A DNA stretch of 62,171 nt, counting the filler. It is 5 parts of 5 records of this genome, joined end to end, with 100 filler letters (N's around TTAATTAATTAA, not from the genome) between each part and the next. Parts side by side here need not be neighbours in the genome. Positions count along the whole stretch, not along the records: positions 30,159 to 38,901 come from SRR2962707_1468; positions 39,002 to 48,595 come from SRR2962707_1469; positions 48,696 to 56,458 come from SRR2962707_1480; 2 more parts are not named here. The stretch is one strand, 5' to 3'. Of this stretch, positions 37,855 to 48,862 are shown piece by piece. How positions within the stretch are numbered: position 1 is the stretch's first letter; each line of letters starts with the position of its first letter. The notes beneath the pieces were generated by a model. The model searched no databases and had not been told where the DNA came from. It saw nothing but the letters and a program-made list of their open reading frames with translations. Position numbers and translations under genes: made by a program.

Positions 37855-38901
37855 ACTGTGTCCTCAATACGAACGCGGTGGTCTTGTCCGGCCTCGCGCC
37901 ATTGCGCGGGCGGTGGTTCAAAGCCGGGCGGGCGCACCAGGGACGGAACCTGCGTCATGTCCACGGCAAAGCGCTGCTTGCGCCGCTCAATGGCCGGCAC
38001 CGCCGCGATCAGGCGTTTGGTGTAGGCGTGCTGCGGATCGGACAGTACGGCGCGCGCTTCGCCCATTTCCACGATCTGGCCGGCAAACATCACGGCGATC
38101 CGATGGGCGATCCGCTCGACCACGGCCATGTCATGCGAAATGAACAGATAAGCCAGGCCGAATTCCTGCTGCAGGTCGACCAGCAGTTCGAGCACCTTGG
38201 CCTGCACCGAGACATCGAGCGCCGACACCGCCTCGTCCAGCACCACCACATCGGGATTGAGCATCAGCGCACGGGCGATGCAGAGGCGCTGCCGCTGGCC
38301 GCCCGAAAACTGGTGCGGATAGCGGGTGAGGGCGTCCTGTGGCAGGCCGACGCGGTCGAGCAGGAAGGCCATGCGCGCGCGCAGCGTGTCATCGCGCCGC
38401 TGTCCATTGGCAAGAGCGGGTTCGGCCAGCAGCGCCTCGACAGTGAGACGGGGATTGAGCGAGGCAAACGGGTCCTGGAACACCATCTGTACCGGGCGGA
38501 CACTATGGCCGGAGCCGGTGACGATCTCGCCGCGCGTCTTGCTGTTGAGGCCCAGAAGGGCACGCGCTGTGGTGGATTTGCCGCAACCGCTTTCGCCCAC
38601 TATGGCCAGTGTTTCGCCTGGCACCAGGTCAAAGCTGACCCCATCGACGGCATGGATCGCGCCCTTGGGCTTGAACCAGGCCTTGCCGACCGGAAAGCGC
38701 ACGACCAGATCATCGACCTTGACGATCGGCTCATGCGGCTCTGCCCGGCGCCCATCATTCCGCACCGCCTTGCCAGAGGTGAAGTGCGGCACGGCGCGCA
38801 GCAGGTGTTTGGTGTAATCGTGCTGCGGATTGTCCAGCACGGCGTCGGCTTCGCCCTGCTCGACCGCCACCCCGTTCTGCATGACCATGATGCGGTCGGC
38901 G
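37851..38901 (-). CDS. Peptide/nickel-type ABC transporter dual ATPase, 5'-truncated
   Basis: End of first ATPase (PQHDYTKHLL) then GESGCGKST, FSGGQRQR, FISHD. Confidence 0.9.
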
Positions 38902-39001
38902 NNNNNNNNNNNNNNNNNNNNNNNNNNNNNNNNNNNNNNNNNNNNTTAATTAATTAANNNNNNNNNNNNNNNNNNNNNNNNNNNNNNNNNNNNNNNNNNN
39001 N
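38902..39001. other. Artificial contig linker
   Basis: 44 N + TTAATTAATTAA + 44 N. Confidence 0.99.
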
Positions 39002-39028
39002 AACAACAACAACAACCACAACAACAAC
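39002..39028 (+). repeat. (AAC/CAA)n microsatellite encoding poly-Gln
   Basis: Reads QQQQPQQQ in frame with the CMTR1 first exon; contig starts in it. Confidence 0.7.
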
Positions 39029-42000
39029 ACGCCTCAGAGGTGACTTCTGATACGAATGCTTCTGAGAAGAGTGACGAGCCTCTGAGGGCTCGCGCAGGGC
39101 TTGGCTCGCTGCTGGCGAGTAGTTCGAAGAAAAGTGATGAGCCTCCGAGGGCCCGTGCAGGACTTGGCTCGTTTCGTAAAGGAGAAACCGTGACGAGTGA
39201 CAGTGTTGCAGGGCCTGGAGGGTCTTTCGGGCTCATTGCCCCACCGCCAAAGTCCAGTGACGGTGGTTCGAAAGCGTATGGAACTAGCTTTGCAATGCCC
39301 CAAGACAAAGTGCAGTCGAAAAGTGCTGATCGCCAGACCCTCCAGGCCCCGAGTGCTGCGGGTGCTGGATCGAAGAAAATGAGCCTCGGTGAACGCCTGC
39401 TGGTTTGTCACTGCTCGCCTCTGCCGACGTGTCGATGCGGTCTGCTGTAACTGCTCTTGTTATCGACATCCAGCCTCTTGAAACATGGTCGCAGTTTGAT
39501 TCGATAAGTTGATTGCTCGGAGCCCCCGCCCTGATTGCGTGCCTTGCTATTATCATGTCCCGGTAGGCTAAAGCTGGGTTCAAAAAGGGTGTGGACACTG
39601 GGTTGGGCAAGCATGGCCAAGGCCCTGTGGACTTCATACAAGTGAAGGAGAAGTTGGGTCGTCGCGGACTGGGCTTTATGGTAAACGGTTTTGAGCCTGC
39701 GCGAGTGCAACGCAACATGGAAATTGTTGACAGCGTCTTGCAAGAACCTGACTGGCTACCGGAAGATGAAGTAGGAGTTCCATCTGAGGAAGACTTTCGC
39801 AAATGGCTGCTGGATCAGGTACGCAATTTTTGGTTTGTCAATGAGCTTGATGCAAGAACAAGAAACCAATGCACCATGTTTATGCTCTCAGACTTTCATT
39901 TTTTTCACGCATGCTGGCTGGGATACTTTATTCGTTTGAAACCCGGGCTCCCACTGGAAGGTTGGACCCAGAGATAAGGAAGTTGCCAAGTTTGAGGACT
40001 TCTGTAGCAACGGGTTGAGCCAAAAAGTCGCTGACGCCAAAGAGGTATTTGACGATGTCCCACCGCGCGAGTTTGTCGGCGCTCGCAATCGCTGCAATCC
40101 GTTTGAAGCCCTCAAGAGTGGTGAGTTGCATACCAGTTTGTTGCAAGTTGCGCGTGATGATGGCGACAGTGCTGTTCTTGCGACAGCCTTTCTCTTTTTT
40201 CACTTCCCTTGTGTTGTCACGAACTGTTGAAGGCCCTTTTTGCAGTCGGGCCGGGCTCAAGCTTGCGAATGTAGACCGCTGCTTTGAGGGGCTATTTTCC
40301 GGGATCAAGAACCCTCAAAACGCAGTCGTACCTAAAACGATTGACTTTTATGATGAAGTGACCGTGAAAGAGGTTTGGCGGTGATAGTGATTTTTTATGC
40401 TGCTGTGAAACCAACGTCGCATGCCTGGCTTGGTCACAAGCCCACTTTTTTGCACTCGTTGTTGACAGTACTTTCGCGATGTTAATTGACTTACGACAGA
40501 ATGAGCGGAAACCTCTGTATTTTGGAGATGTCTGTGGCGGACCAGGGTCTTTTTCGCAGTACCTTCTCTTTCGACGGCGATGGAGGGCAACAGGGTTTGG
40601 TTTTACCCTCGCCAAAAAGGCTGGTGGTTTCGATTTTGGACTGGACAAGTTTGGCCCCCACGCTCCTTGCGACACGTTCCACACTTACTACGGTGAAACA
40701 GGCGACGGTGATATCACTGATTCAGGGAATATTCGTGGCTACCGGAACTACATTCGACACCTTACCCCCAAGGTTTTTTGAGTGACTGCGTGTTGCTTTT
40801 GCTTTCTTTTTGCTCGTCTGCAACGCTCAATGCGTGTCTTTTTTCGCGGATGCAGGAGAACGATGGATTGTTGGATGTTGTTGTTGGAGATGGCGGTTTT
40901 GGGGTTAGTGGGGAAGAGAATCTCCAAGAGTACTATTCGCGGCAGTTGTTCCTGTGCCAGTCTACTGTTGCTCTCTCCGTCTTGCGTCCTGGCGGTAGTT
41001 ACATGTGCAAGCTGTTTGACATGTTTCTTGATGGGACAATTGGCACAATCTATATCCTATGGCGCTGCTTTCGAAAAGTCTGCGTGTTCAAACCGCACGC
41101 GTCGCGCCCAGCCAACTCAGAGGTTAGAATTTAATCAAATGTCATTGAAGGATGTCTTGCGATAGTGAGGCGTGGTTGCGCTTCGTTTGCCCCTTGTTGC
41201 GGACAACATTTTCGTACTTGTTCCCAAGAGTTGAAGAACTTGTTTGGTGCTCATGTGTTGTTCAGCGTTTTGTAGTTTGCGAGGGCTTACGTCCAGAGTT
41301 CAGCGATCCTGACGTGCGGGCGCGTGTTCTGGATTTTCTGTTGGCAACCAACGATCGTTTCAATGATTTTGGAAAACTGCAACGACGAAAAAAAGTGGCC
41401 ATTAACCCCACTGAGGATGTTGTGCGGATTGTCCCAGCGTCCATTCTTCGCTCAGTACGCAGAGTCATGAAGCATTTGACCGTCACACTGTCGCTTTTGT
41501 GTGGGACAATGTTTCTGCGCGGTTCGATCTGTGCACAGTGCTGAACTGTATATATGTTGACACTCATGTGCCCAGGAACCCTTTCGTTCGTACATCACAC
41601 GACGCAACGACGAAGTAGGCAACCGCCAAGTCGAGGTTCGATCCGTTTCATTCAACAGTTTTGTTTGCAATGTTTCATGCGTCAAATAACGTATGTCCCG
41701 TGCGGCATGCATTTTTTTGTGCAGGCACTACGCACCATTCGAGATTTTGTTCGCGATCGAACGCTGCAGTCTCAGGACCAAGTCGCACTGCGTCAATTGT
41801 GTATGCAATACTGGAACCTCCCCATTGGAGCACCACGGGTTGCACTGCCCGCACCAGTCCCCCAGGCAGTCTTGGCCAATCTGCAGCGCTTCCTTGTGCA
41901 GAAAGAGCGATCCTTGTTTTCTGCCACAACTGCGGGAGATAAAGCACGTTCTTCAGCTCTACCTGCCCATAAACTTCCGAAGCTGCTGGAATCAACATCA

Positions 42001-44190
42001 GAGATAGGAGCCCTTCGGCGCGTCCCAACTTTCAATCTTTCTGACGCTGCGTTTGTAGGGCGCGTGTTACGATCCGTTCGAGTGTTGGCAGCGCCGAGGA
42101 GACCGTATGCCGCGCAGTATTCCCTGTGCAGGGCCGCTAAGACCCCGAATAACAGTGGCCACCAACCCCAATGGAGCGCATTATGTATTCATCACCAATC
42201 GCACGGTTTGCTTGTTGGTCGAGGTCAGTTGAACGTCCTTACAGACAGGAGCAGGTTTCGCAAAAATAGTAGATGTGTTCGACGCAATAGTTTGACAAGT
42301 GCACGTGTCGAACACATCTACTATGTTACGTGTGTTAGGTCGTGGGCTTCCTTCAGCCCACCTTCCGTTTGAAGGCCATGTTTGTTTTCGCGATGCTGAT
42401 GTGGTGCTGCCGCTGGGTACAGTGCTTGAAGTGTCTTTTCCACCTATTCACTTCCCCGAGGACAGTTCGGAACTGGTTTCAGAGTTTTCAAGATATGCCA
42501 TTCTTGTGGTGGGTATCTGTTGACCCGTCGCTTGTTGTTGTTGATGTTCCAGTCATTGCAGTAGTATTTCTGTCGAGAGGGCTTGCTTGTATTCTAGCGA
42601 GGAGCTATAATGTTTTGACCGCAGATTGATCTCATTGTGCTGTTGCTGATTGGTGCAGGTCGATGCCTTAAGTCTTGGCTTTGAAGTGGTTGCCCACAAA
42701 AAACGTTCTGAGCGAGCTCGATTGGCAAACGCGTTCCTTGAAGCCACCCGGAAAGAAAATGGTTGGCCAGGTCTTGCCGCACGTGACCAGGTGCCACTCA
42801 AGAATATTTTCATCACTCAAGGGTTGCTCATAACTCAACCTGCATCGTCTCCATTGGCGGATAAACCTTCCAGTAAAGCATCTTCAGCAACGTCTCTTCA
42901 ATCCTCCGGTGGTAATACGTTGCAAGATTTCATCAAGGCTGCGGGGGTGAGTTTGTTGCATGGGTGATACTGTCCTTGTTGTTGCTTTGATCCGACCGAT
43001 GGATTATGATGCCGCCTTTCAACTGTTGACGACAGACAATTGGCGAAGCTACAGGGGTGAAAGTTGATGCGGATTGTGCTTCTTTCATGTCAAGCCACAA
43101 ACTTACGAAGCTGGTGGGTTCCAAACTCAAAGTCGAGGTGTGTTAGTTTGTTGCGTGCCCAAGCGAGTACCACAGCCGCAGAGCATTGTAATCTTCACCT
43201 TCCTTTACGTCAAAGCGTCTCGCACTTGATACGAAGACTAGCTAATGGTTGCATGTTGTTCTGTAGTTAAACGGGTTTCTGTTGGTCGACACAATTGCCG
43301 AGACCAAGGCCGGTGGTGACTACTTTGCCACAGATGTCGAGCCCGAGTGTCCACGTTTGATTTTACGCTTTGACGAAGACACGGTTGAATCACGTTCAAC
43401 TGCAAAACCTCTTGATCAAAGATGCACTCGTTTGCTTACAGCTTTTCTCCAAGCTGCAGAGTCAAACACGTGGGGTCCTGACGAAGCTGCTGTTGTTGTC
43501 TTCCCCCCCTCCACGGGCACTTCGCAGCAAAGACAAGGTAAGAACGTTCACAATGGAAGAGGTGGAAACAGCAGTATTTCAAGGTTGTCCCGGGGACCCA
43601 CAGCTGGTGGCACAAGCGGTGATAAAACACGGGTTGACAATGTCCGAGATTTCCCCACCAATACTACCACCATGGGGTTTGACCGACGGCGTAGCCACGT
43701 GCATGATCAGCGCTTATTACACGGTAGTAGCCGCGTCGAACGTGGCCGGGACCGTCGACATCACGATGACCGTGACAACTACGCTGACCGCGATGATGGT
43801 CGTGATCATCGTCGGAATCGTTCAACTGATTCTCGTCGTAACCGTGGTCATGATCATGGGCACGAACGTGCGCGCGATCACGCACACACAAGTAGCAGTG
43901 GATATGATCGTAAACGTGATCGAGACCGCGGCGATCGGCGTCGCTACGAGTCTGATCGACGACGCGGCCATGATCGTGATCGTGATCGTGATCGTGATCG
44001 TGGCCGTCGGGAATCACACCATGACACGCGCAACAGACCGCAGGACAACGAGCGAGTGGATTCAAGGCAGGGCCTCTATCACAGTGGTGGAAGTCATGTG
44101 GGCAGTAAGCGCAATCTTTCCCAGGCCGCAGCCACCGACCAATCTCAGGCTGGCAGCGGGCCATTGAATGCAAAAGTTTCGCGAAGATGA
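39002..44190 (+). CDS. CMTR1: Eukaryotic cap1 mRNA 2'-O-methyltransferase, CMTR1-like, spliced, 5'-truncated
   Basis: Manually inferred GT-AG exons: <39002-39402, 39567-39818, 39961-40120, 40233-40372, 40500-40772, 40856-41122, 41266-41454, 41576-41635, 41725-42223, 42339-42508, 42659-42946, 43036-43137, 43267-44190. Joined protein has G-patch (GERLLAKAGF...GLGKHGQG...RRGLGF), RNRCNPFE, RAGLKLAN, LYFGDVCGGPGSFSQY, GDGGF, CKLFD, SRPANSERFVVC (K-D-K-E tetrad). Later exon boundaries are less certain. Confidence 0.85.
43972..44001 (+). repeat. (GATCGT)5 coding repeat (Asp-Arg dipeptides)
   Basis: Five perfect copies within the RD-rich tail of the last CMTR1 exon. Confidence 0.9.
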
Positions 44191-44343
44191 TCGACCTTTG
44201 GTGTACCAGGTGTCCAAGCATCGAAACGACGAATTGCAAACATGCATCATCATTCACATGCCGCTAATGTTCAGTACACCTTAAATCTTACAATTTACTC
44301 TCCACTGAAAGTTCACATCACAACATGCGAGTGACCTTGAGCG

Positions 44344-47300
44344 TCAGGCTCGAATATCATGCATTTTTTTAGAGCGTCGCTCGCGAGCTTGTTGCGCCTT
44401 TTCTCGGTCGGCTGCTGCCGCAACCCCCGCGGTTTTACTGAAAATTGTCCCTTGCTTCTTGCGTGCCTCAGCCGCAAAACTAGCAGAACGAGTCAGAGCA
44501 GGCCGCTTTTTGACAGGACTTGGCGATGGCGCCGAGTGGGTGTTCGGCTTGCTGCCCAGGTCTGCAATGGCATCCAAGACGGAGCCGGGCCGCTTCGACG
44601 GGGTTTTCGAGGACTGGACACCCGTTGACGCGTGTGACGAGACATCGTTTTGAGCGAAGGGATTCACTCGGCGGATAGCCTTGCCAGACCCTGGGGTCAC
44701 AGCGGATTTTTTTTCGGCACTGCCCAGTGTTAAGTTCGCTGCTGCTGGAGTCAGTGTCGTGGCGTCTGAATTACCGTCCTGTGGATCCTTGGTCAAAGCG
44801 TCGTCCGTGGTTGTGGTTTTCGTGGATTCTCCAGTGTTGTCCTCCTCCTCGTCGGATGATGAAAGTGTGTAAGACTTCGTTACTTTTTTGGCAGCCTGTC
44901 CCGACGATGACTTTTTCGCTGGAGTGTGTTCGGTTGACGCGGCCCCAGCAGGCTTTTCGGTGACATCGGTCGAGGATATCGCAACTTTGCTGGCTGGGTT
45001 GGTGGCCCCAAAGATGGTCGGCTGCTTTTTCGTCGACTTCTGCGTTGGGCAGACACACAGCAATCAACTGGTTTCAGATCTGCCACACGCTAATTAAAAC
45101 TCCAGGGATGTTACATGAAGATGGACGGACCTTTACGTTGCGAGAGTAATTACGCGCATTTGCCCGGCGCACTTTTTTCTTTTTGCCTCCAAGTTCGTCA
45201 CTGGGAACTGGTTCGACGGCCGACAAGTCCACCTGAACATCAACAGGTCGCACGGCCAACAATAACAGCGCCATTCAGAACAACACCTACAATGCCGCCC
45301 ATCGTCGACACTGCAGAACCGCAAAACGACGAGGACTTCGCACCTCCTCCTCGTCAGACGACGATTCTGATTGCTCATCAACTGCCACAGCCCTTGACCC
45401 TGACGAGAGCGTTGCCGAATCGCCGAATTGCATGCGCATGGCCACATTGATACGCGTCGCCAAAGATTCATTGTGCACGCGCTGTGCAAGCTGAAGAAAC
45501 AACAGCCAGAAAGAGCAAAACAAAATAATCAAACTCCCACGCGCAAGTCTGACAAAAAGCACTATGGGGGTCGATACCGGCGACCAGTTGACAAAAGGGT
45601 GTGCCTTCCCACCTGCACAGCAAGCTGATACGAGCGCCGAAGCTTCAATTGCATGGCCAGGTCAAGGGCGCGCACCAAACGACCCTTTTGCGCTGCCGCA
45701 TACACTAGCTTGAGCACATTCGTGTCCATGGATGATAGCTTGGTGCGAATCTCGGGCGTGATTTCATTTTCTGATGCACGCAGCAGAGCCGCCAGTTCGA
45801 GCTCGTCCTGCAAGTGCTGTGCCTCAATACGCCCGATATCGGTATCCAAGCGCGCCAGCGGAACCGCCAGCGACACAACAGTGGGGACAGGTTTCGGTGA
45901 AGCCGACGGGACCAGACGGCCGCGATTGCTGTCCGCCTTGAGAACGACACACGTAAACCGTCCGCCAGAGACGTGGATTGGCCAGTGCAGACTACCGCGA
46001 CTCTTGAGCATCGGGTTCGTGGCTGTGTCCAACACGGGCACCCACTGCCAGTCAAAAGACCGTTGGAGAGCCATAACCAGCCCACGCGAGTCAGTAGCGT
46101 GCAAAGCACCGTTGTCCGAAAATCCCAGCCACGCGAGCGTGGCTGCCGGGCGCAGCGGCAACGTCACTCCAGACACAACATGTTTTTTCTTGCCGATGCG
46201 ATACACACACGCAGCCAGGTTTTGTGACTTTCCAACTGGTCCTGCACGATGGTACACGAACGCCACCTCATCGGCACCGTGGCCAACCATTGAGACGATT
46301 GGCCCTGGGAGCAAAATAGGGTGGTGCTGCAGTCCGGAAGTCCGGAAAATGCGAAGGTATTGCTGGTTGGTAGCAACGGCAACGAAGGTATCACAAACAG
46401 CCTGCGCGGACAAGGGAAAACAACCAAAACAAACAGAATACAGTGAGCAAGTCCAAAAAAAAAAAAAAAAACAGGAAATACGCCATCTGTGCCCCTGCAC
46501 CAACGCCTGGGGAAGCAACAGTGCCACATACCACAGCCAGTGCACTCTCTCCATCGGGGAGCTGCATAATCCATTCGCTCTTCTGCGCCCACGATGAAAA
46601 AGGTCGGAAAAAAATAGTCGAAGGAGTTGTTTTGGTCTTGTTGCTGGACGACTTTTTCTTCTTGTCACCATCATCAGCCCTTTGCATTGGACTCGCAAAC
46701 ACAACGCCCTGGGTACCAAGCGCAGCCATTGTGAACCCGTAATGGTCTGTGATCCGCACTGTGCGATTCGCAGCCTTGTCGGCAAAGTCGATTTCGATAC
46801 TTGAAAAAGTGTCTTCCTCCCGGCTGACAATACTTCCGACAGAGTTCCATGCCAAGAACCGCCGTCGGCTATCATCGCGCGGAGTGGATCCCGGCTGAAA
46901 AGGTGCCTGGGGTTTCACGCCCGCCGAAACCACCTTTGTCACAACATGCATCTCTTTGCCACCGGAAGCACCACCATAGTTTCCATGGCCAGCTGCAACG
47001 CGGTTCCGTTGCTCCCGCAAATACTCTTCAAGTTCGAGCGCCTCTTCTTGCTCTTGCAGCTCGTCGTCGTCAGATTCGACACCGTACTGAGATTTCAGAG
47101 CAGAAATGCTGAAAACGCTCCCGCCTTTTTTGTTGACTTTGTGATCCTTCGCCCGAGCCAGTCGCTGCAGTCGCTGCTTTGAAGCAGTCTGAGCCAATTG
47201 GTCATCTTCGTCGTCGTCGTCGTCGTCGTCAATGACGAATTTCGACGGCGCACTTTTGCGCGTGGGACCAGAATTTGCACCGGATGACGAGACTGTTCCA

Positions 47301-48316
47301 CCACCAGTGGAGGCTGGCGCTTTATCACTAGACCCAAGTCCAGTTTGTGGCTTGGTGGGTGCAGCACCCACGACAATGGATCCCTCCGAAGAGAACGGCA
47401 TTGCCATGTGGCTCGGGACAACCCCAGTTTCCGTTGCAACATTTCCATTGACATCAATAACAGTGAAAGCATTCTCGTTGGGGGACCAACAAATCTGGGA
47501 AATTTGCTCTTCACAAATAAACTTTCCAATACTCTCGTGAGAACCTGCATCCCACAGAAGAATTTGCTTGCCAAGGCACGCTGTCAAGAGATAATTCCCA
47601 TTCGGGGACCAGGCAATGACATCAACCGCCTCGCGATGTCCTTTCAACATGAAAGCAGTTTCCCACGAATCACGGGCCTTGACATCAACGCGGCCGCGAT
47701 CTCCGGGCATGGCGAGATAGCTGCCGCAAGGGCTCCACGCAATCTTGGAAAACTGGAAAGGAGCCCCCACGATGGGCAGATCCCGAAAAGTTGCCATCAC
47801 CATCTTGTCGCCGATGCGCCACACACGGACGCTCCCGTCCGCACTGGAAGACGCAAGGAACGTGCAGTTGGGGTCAAAGTGCACACATCGAACTGGTCCA
47901 GCGTGACCTTCGAGTTTGATGAGCTGCGTTACGTCCATCATGTTCATGAGGCGGATATCAGACTCTTCGCTGGCCACAGCAAGATAAACACCGTTGGGCG
48001 AGAAGTCAAGGTCCTGGATCGGCAGCGTCATGCGCACGATGTTCTTGTCGAACTTGCCGTCAGGCAGCGAGAAAGCCTTGACCATGTGACCCTCCGAGCC
48101 ACAGACTAACTGCTGGCCGTCCTTGCTCAACGCCAAACACGTGATGGGGTGGTCCACATCTTTAATCTCCAATGACGCCTTGCTGCCCAACTCGCTCTTG
48201 TTTCGCACTGCTATGATCTTGTCAGCACCGGCAGTGATGATGTGGGACCCGTCTGCTGTGTAGAGCAAGTCTCCGGCACCAGCAGCGTGCGCCGCGACGA
48301 AAGAAAGTTTCGACAT
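44344..48316 (-). CDS. WDHD1: Eukaryotic WDHD1/AND-1/Ctf4-like replisome hub protein, spliced
   Basis: Inferred exons 48316-46532, 46401-45613, 45490-45344, 45232-45173, 45039-44344 with GT-AG introns. N-terminal WD40 repeats, acidic linker, SepB-domain motifs PFQPGSTP...RRFLAWNSVG, YLRIF, LAWLGFS, WVPVLD, and VNPF in the tail. Confidence 0.88.
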
Positions 48317-48595
48317 TCACGCAGAAGAAAACGGAAGAAGAGCAAACGAAGAAGGAAGGAAAAAAAAAGCACAAGCACAGCAGAGGGACTTTTCGACAGC
48401 CTTCGCTGCAGAATACACCTCCAACTTTCTCACAGCAGCAGCAAACGATCTTTCTCTGGCTCCTCTCAGCACACAAACTTCGGAAGAAGATATAAGAAAC
48501 GAGAACAAAAACACCCTGAAAACCCCGTCACTGAACTGGCCTCCTCCTCCCAGCAGCCCCAACAAACTCGACCCTGGACGGCTGTGTGTGACCGT

Positions 48596-48695
48596 NNNNN
48601 NNNNNNNNNNNNNNNNNNNNNNNNNNNNNNNNNNNNNNNTTAATTAATTAANNNNNNNNNNNNNNNNNNNNNNNNNNNNNNNNNNNNNNNNNNNN
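48596..48695. other. Artificial contig linker
   Basis: 44 N + TTAATTAATTAA + 44 N. Confidence 0.99.
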
Positions 48696-48836
48696 CGGAT
48701 CGAAATGGCTCTGTGCGCCCTGGTTGCCGATCACCAGGGTCTTGTTCTGCTGAGCCATCAATGCTGACGGAAGGGCCGCGCCCGCCGTTGCAGCGATGGT
48801 GCTGAGCATGAGTTGACGTCTGTTCATTTTCAACAT
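48696..48836 (-). CDS. ABC transporter substrate-binding protein (peptide-type) with Tat-like signal, N-terminal fragment
   Basis: MLKMNRRQLML twin-Arg signal, KTLVIG...HFDP; GGAGGTG RBS; truncated. Confidence 0.75.
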
Positions 48837-48862
48837 GTGTTCACCTCCAGAAGTTGTTGCTT

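Noticed and set aside
43760-44001. Repetitive GATCGT-rich tract as CRISPR or mobile-element repeat
   Set aside because: Coding low-complexity Arg/Asp tail; no repeat-spacer structure or cas genes anywhere in the window.
39002-48595. Eukaryotic genes beside bacterial genes as horizontal transfer or giant-virus DNA
   Set aside because: Bounded by artificial linkers, and many spliceosomal-type introns indicate nuclear DNA.
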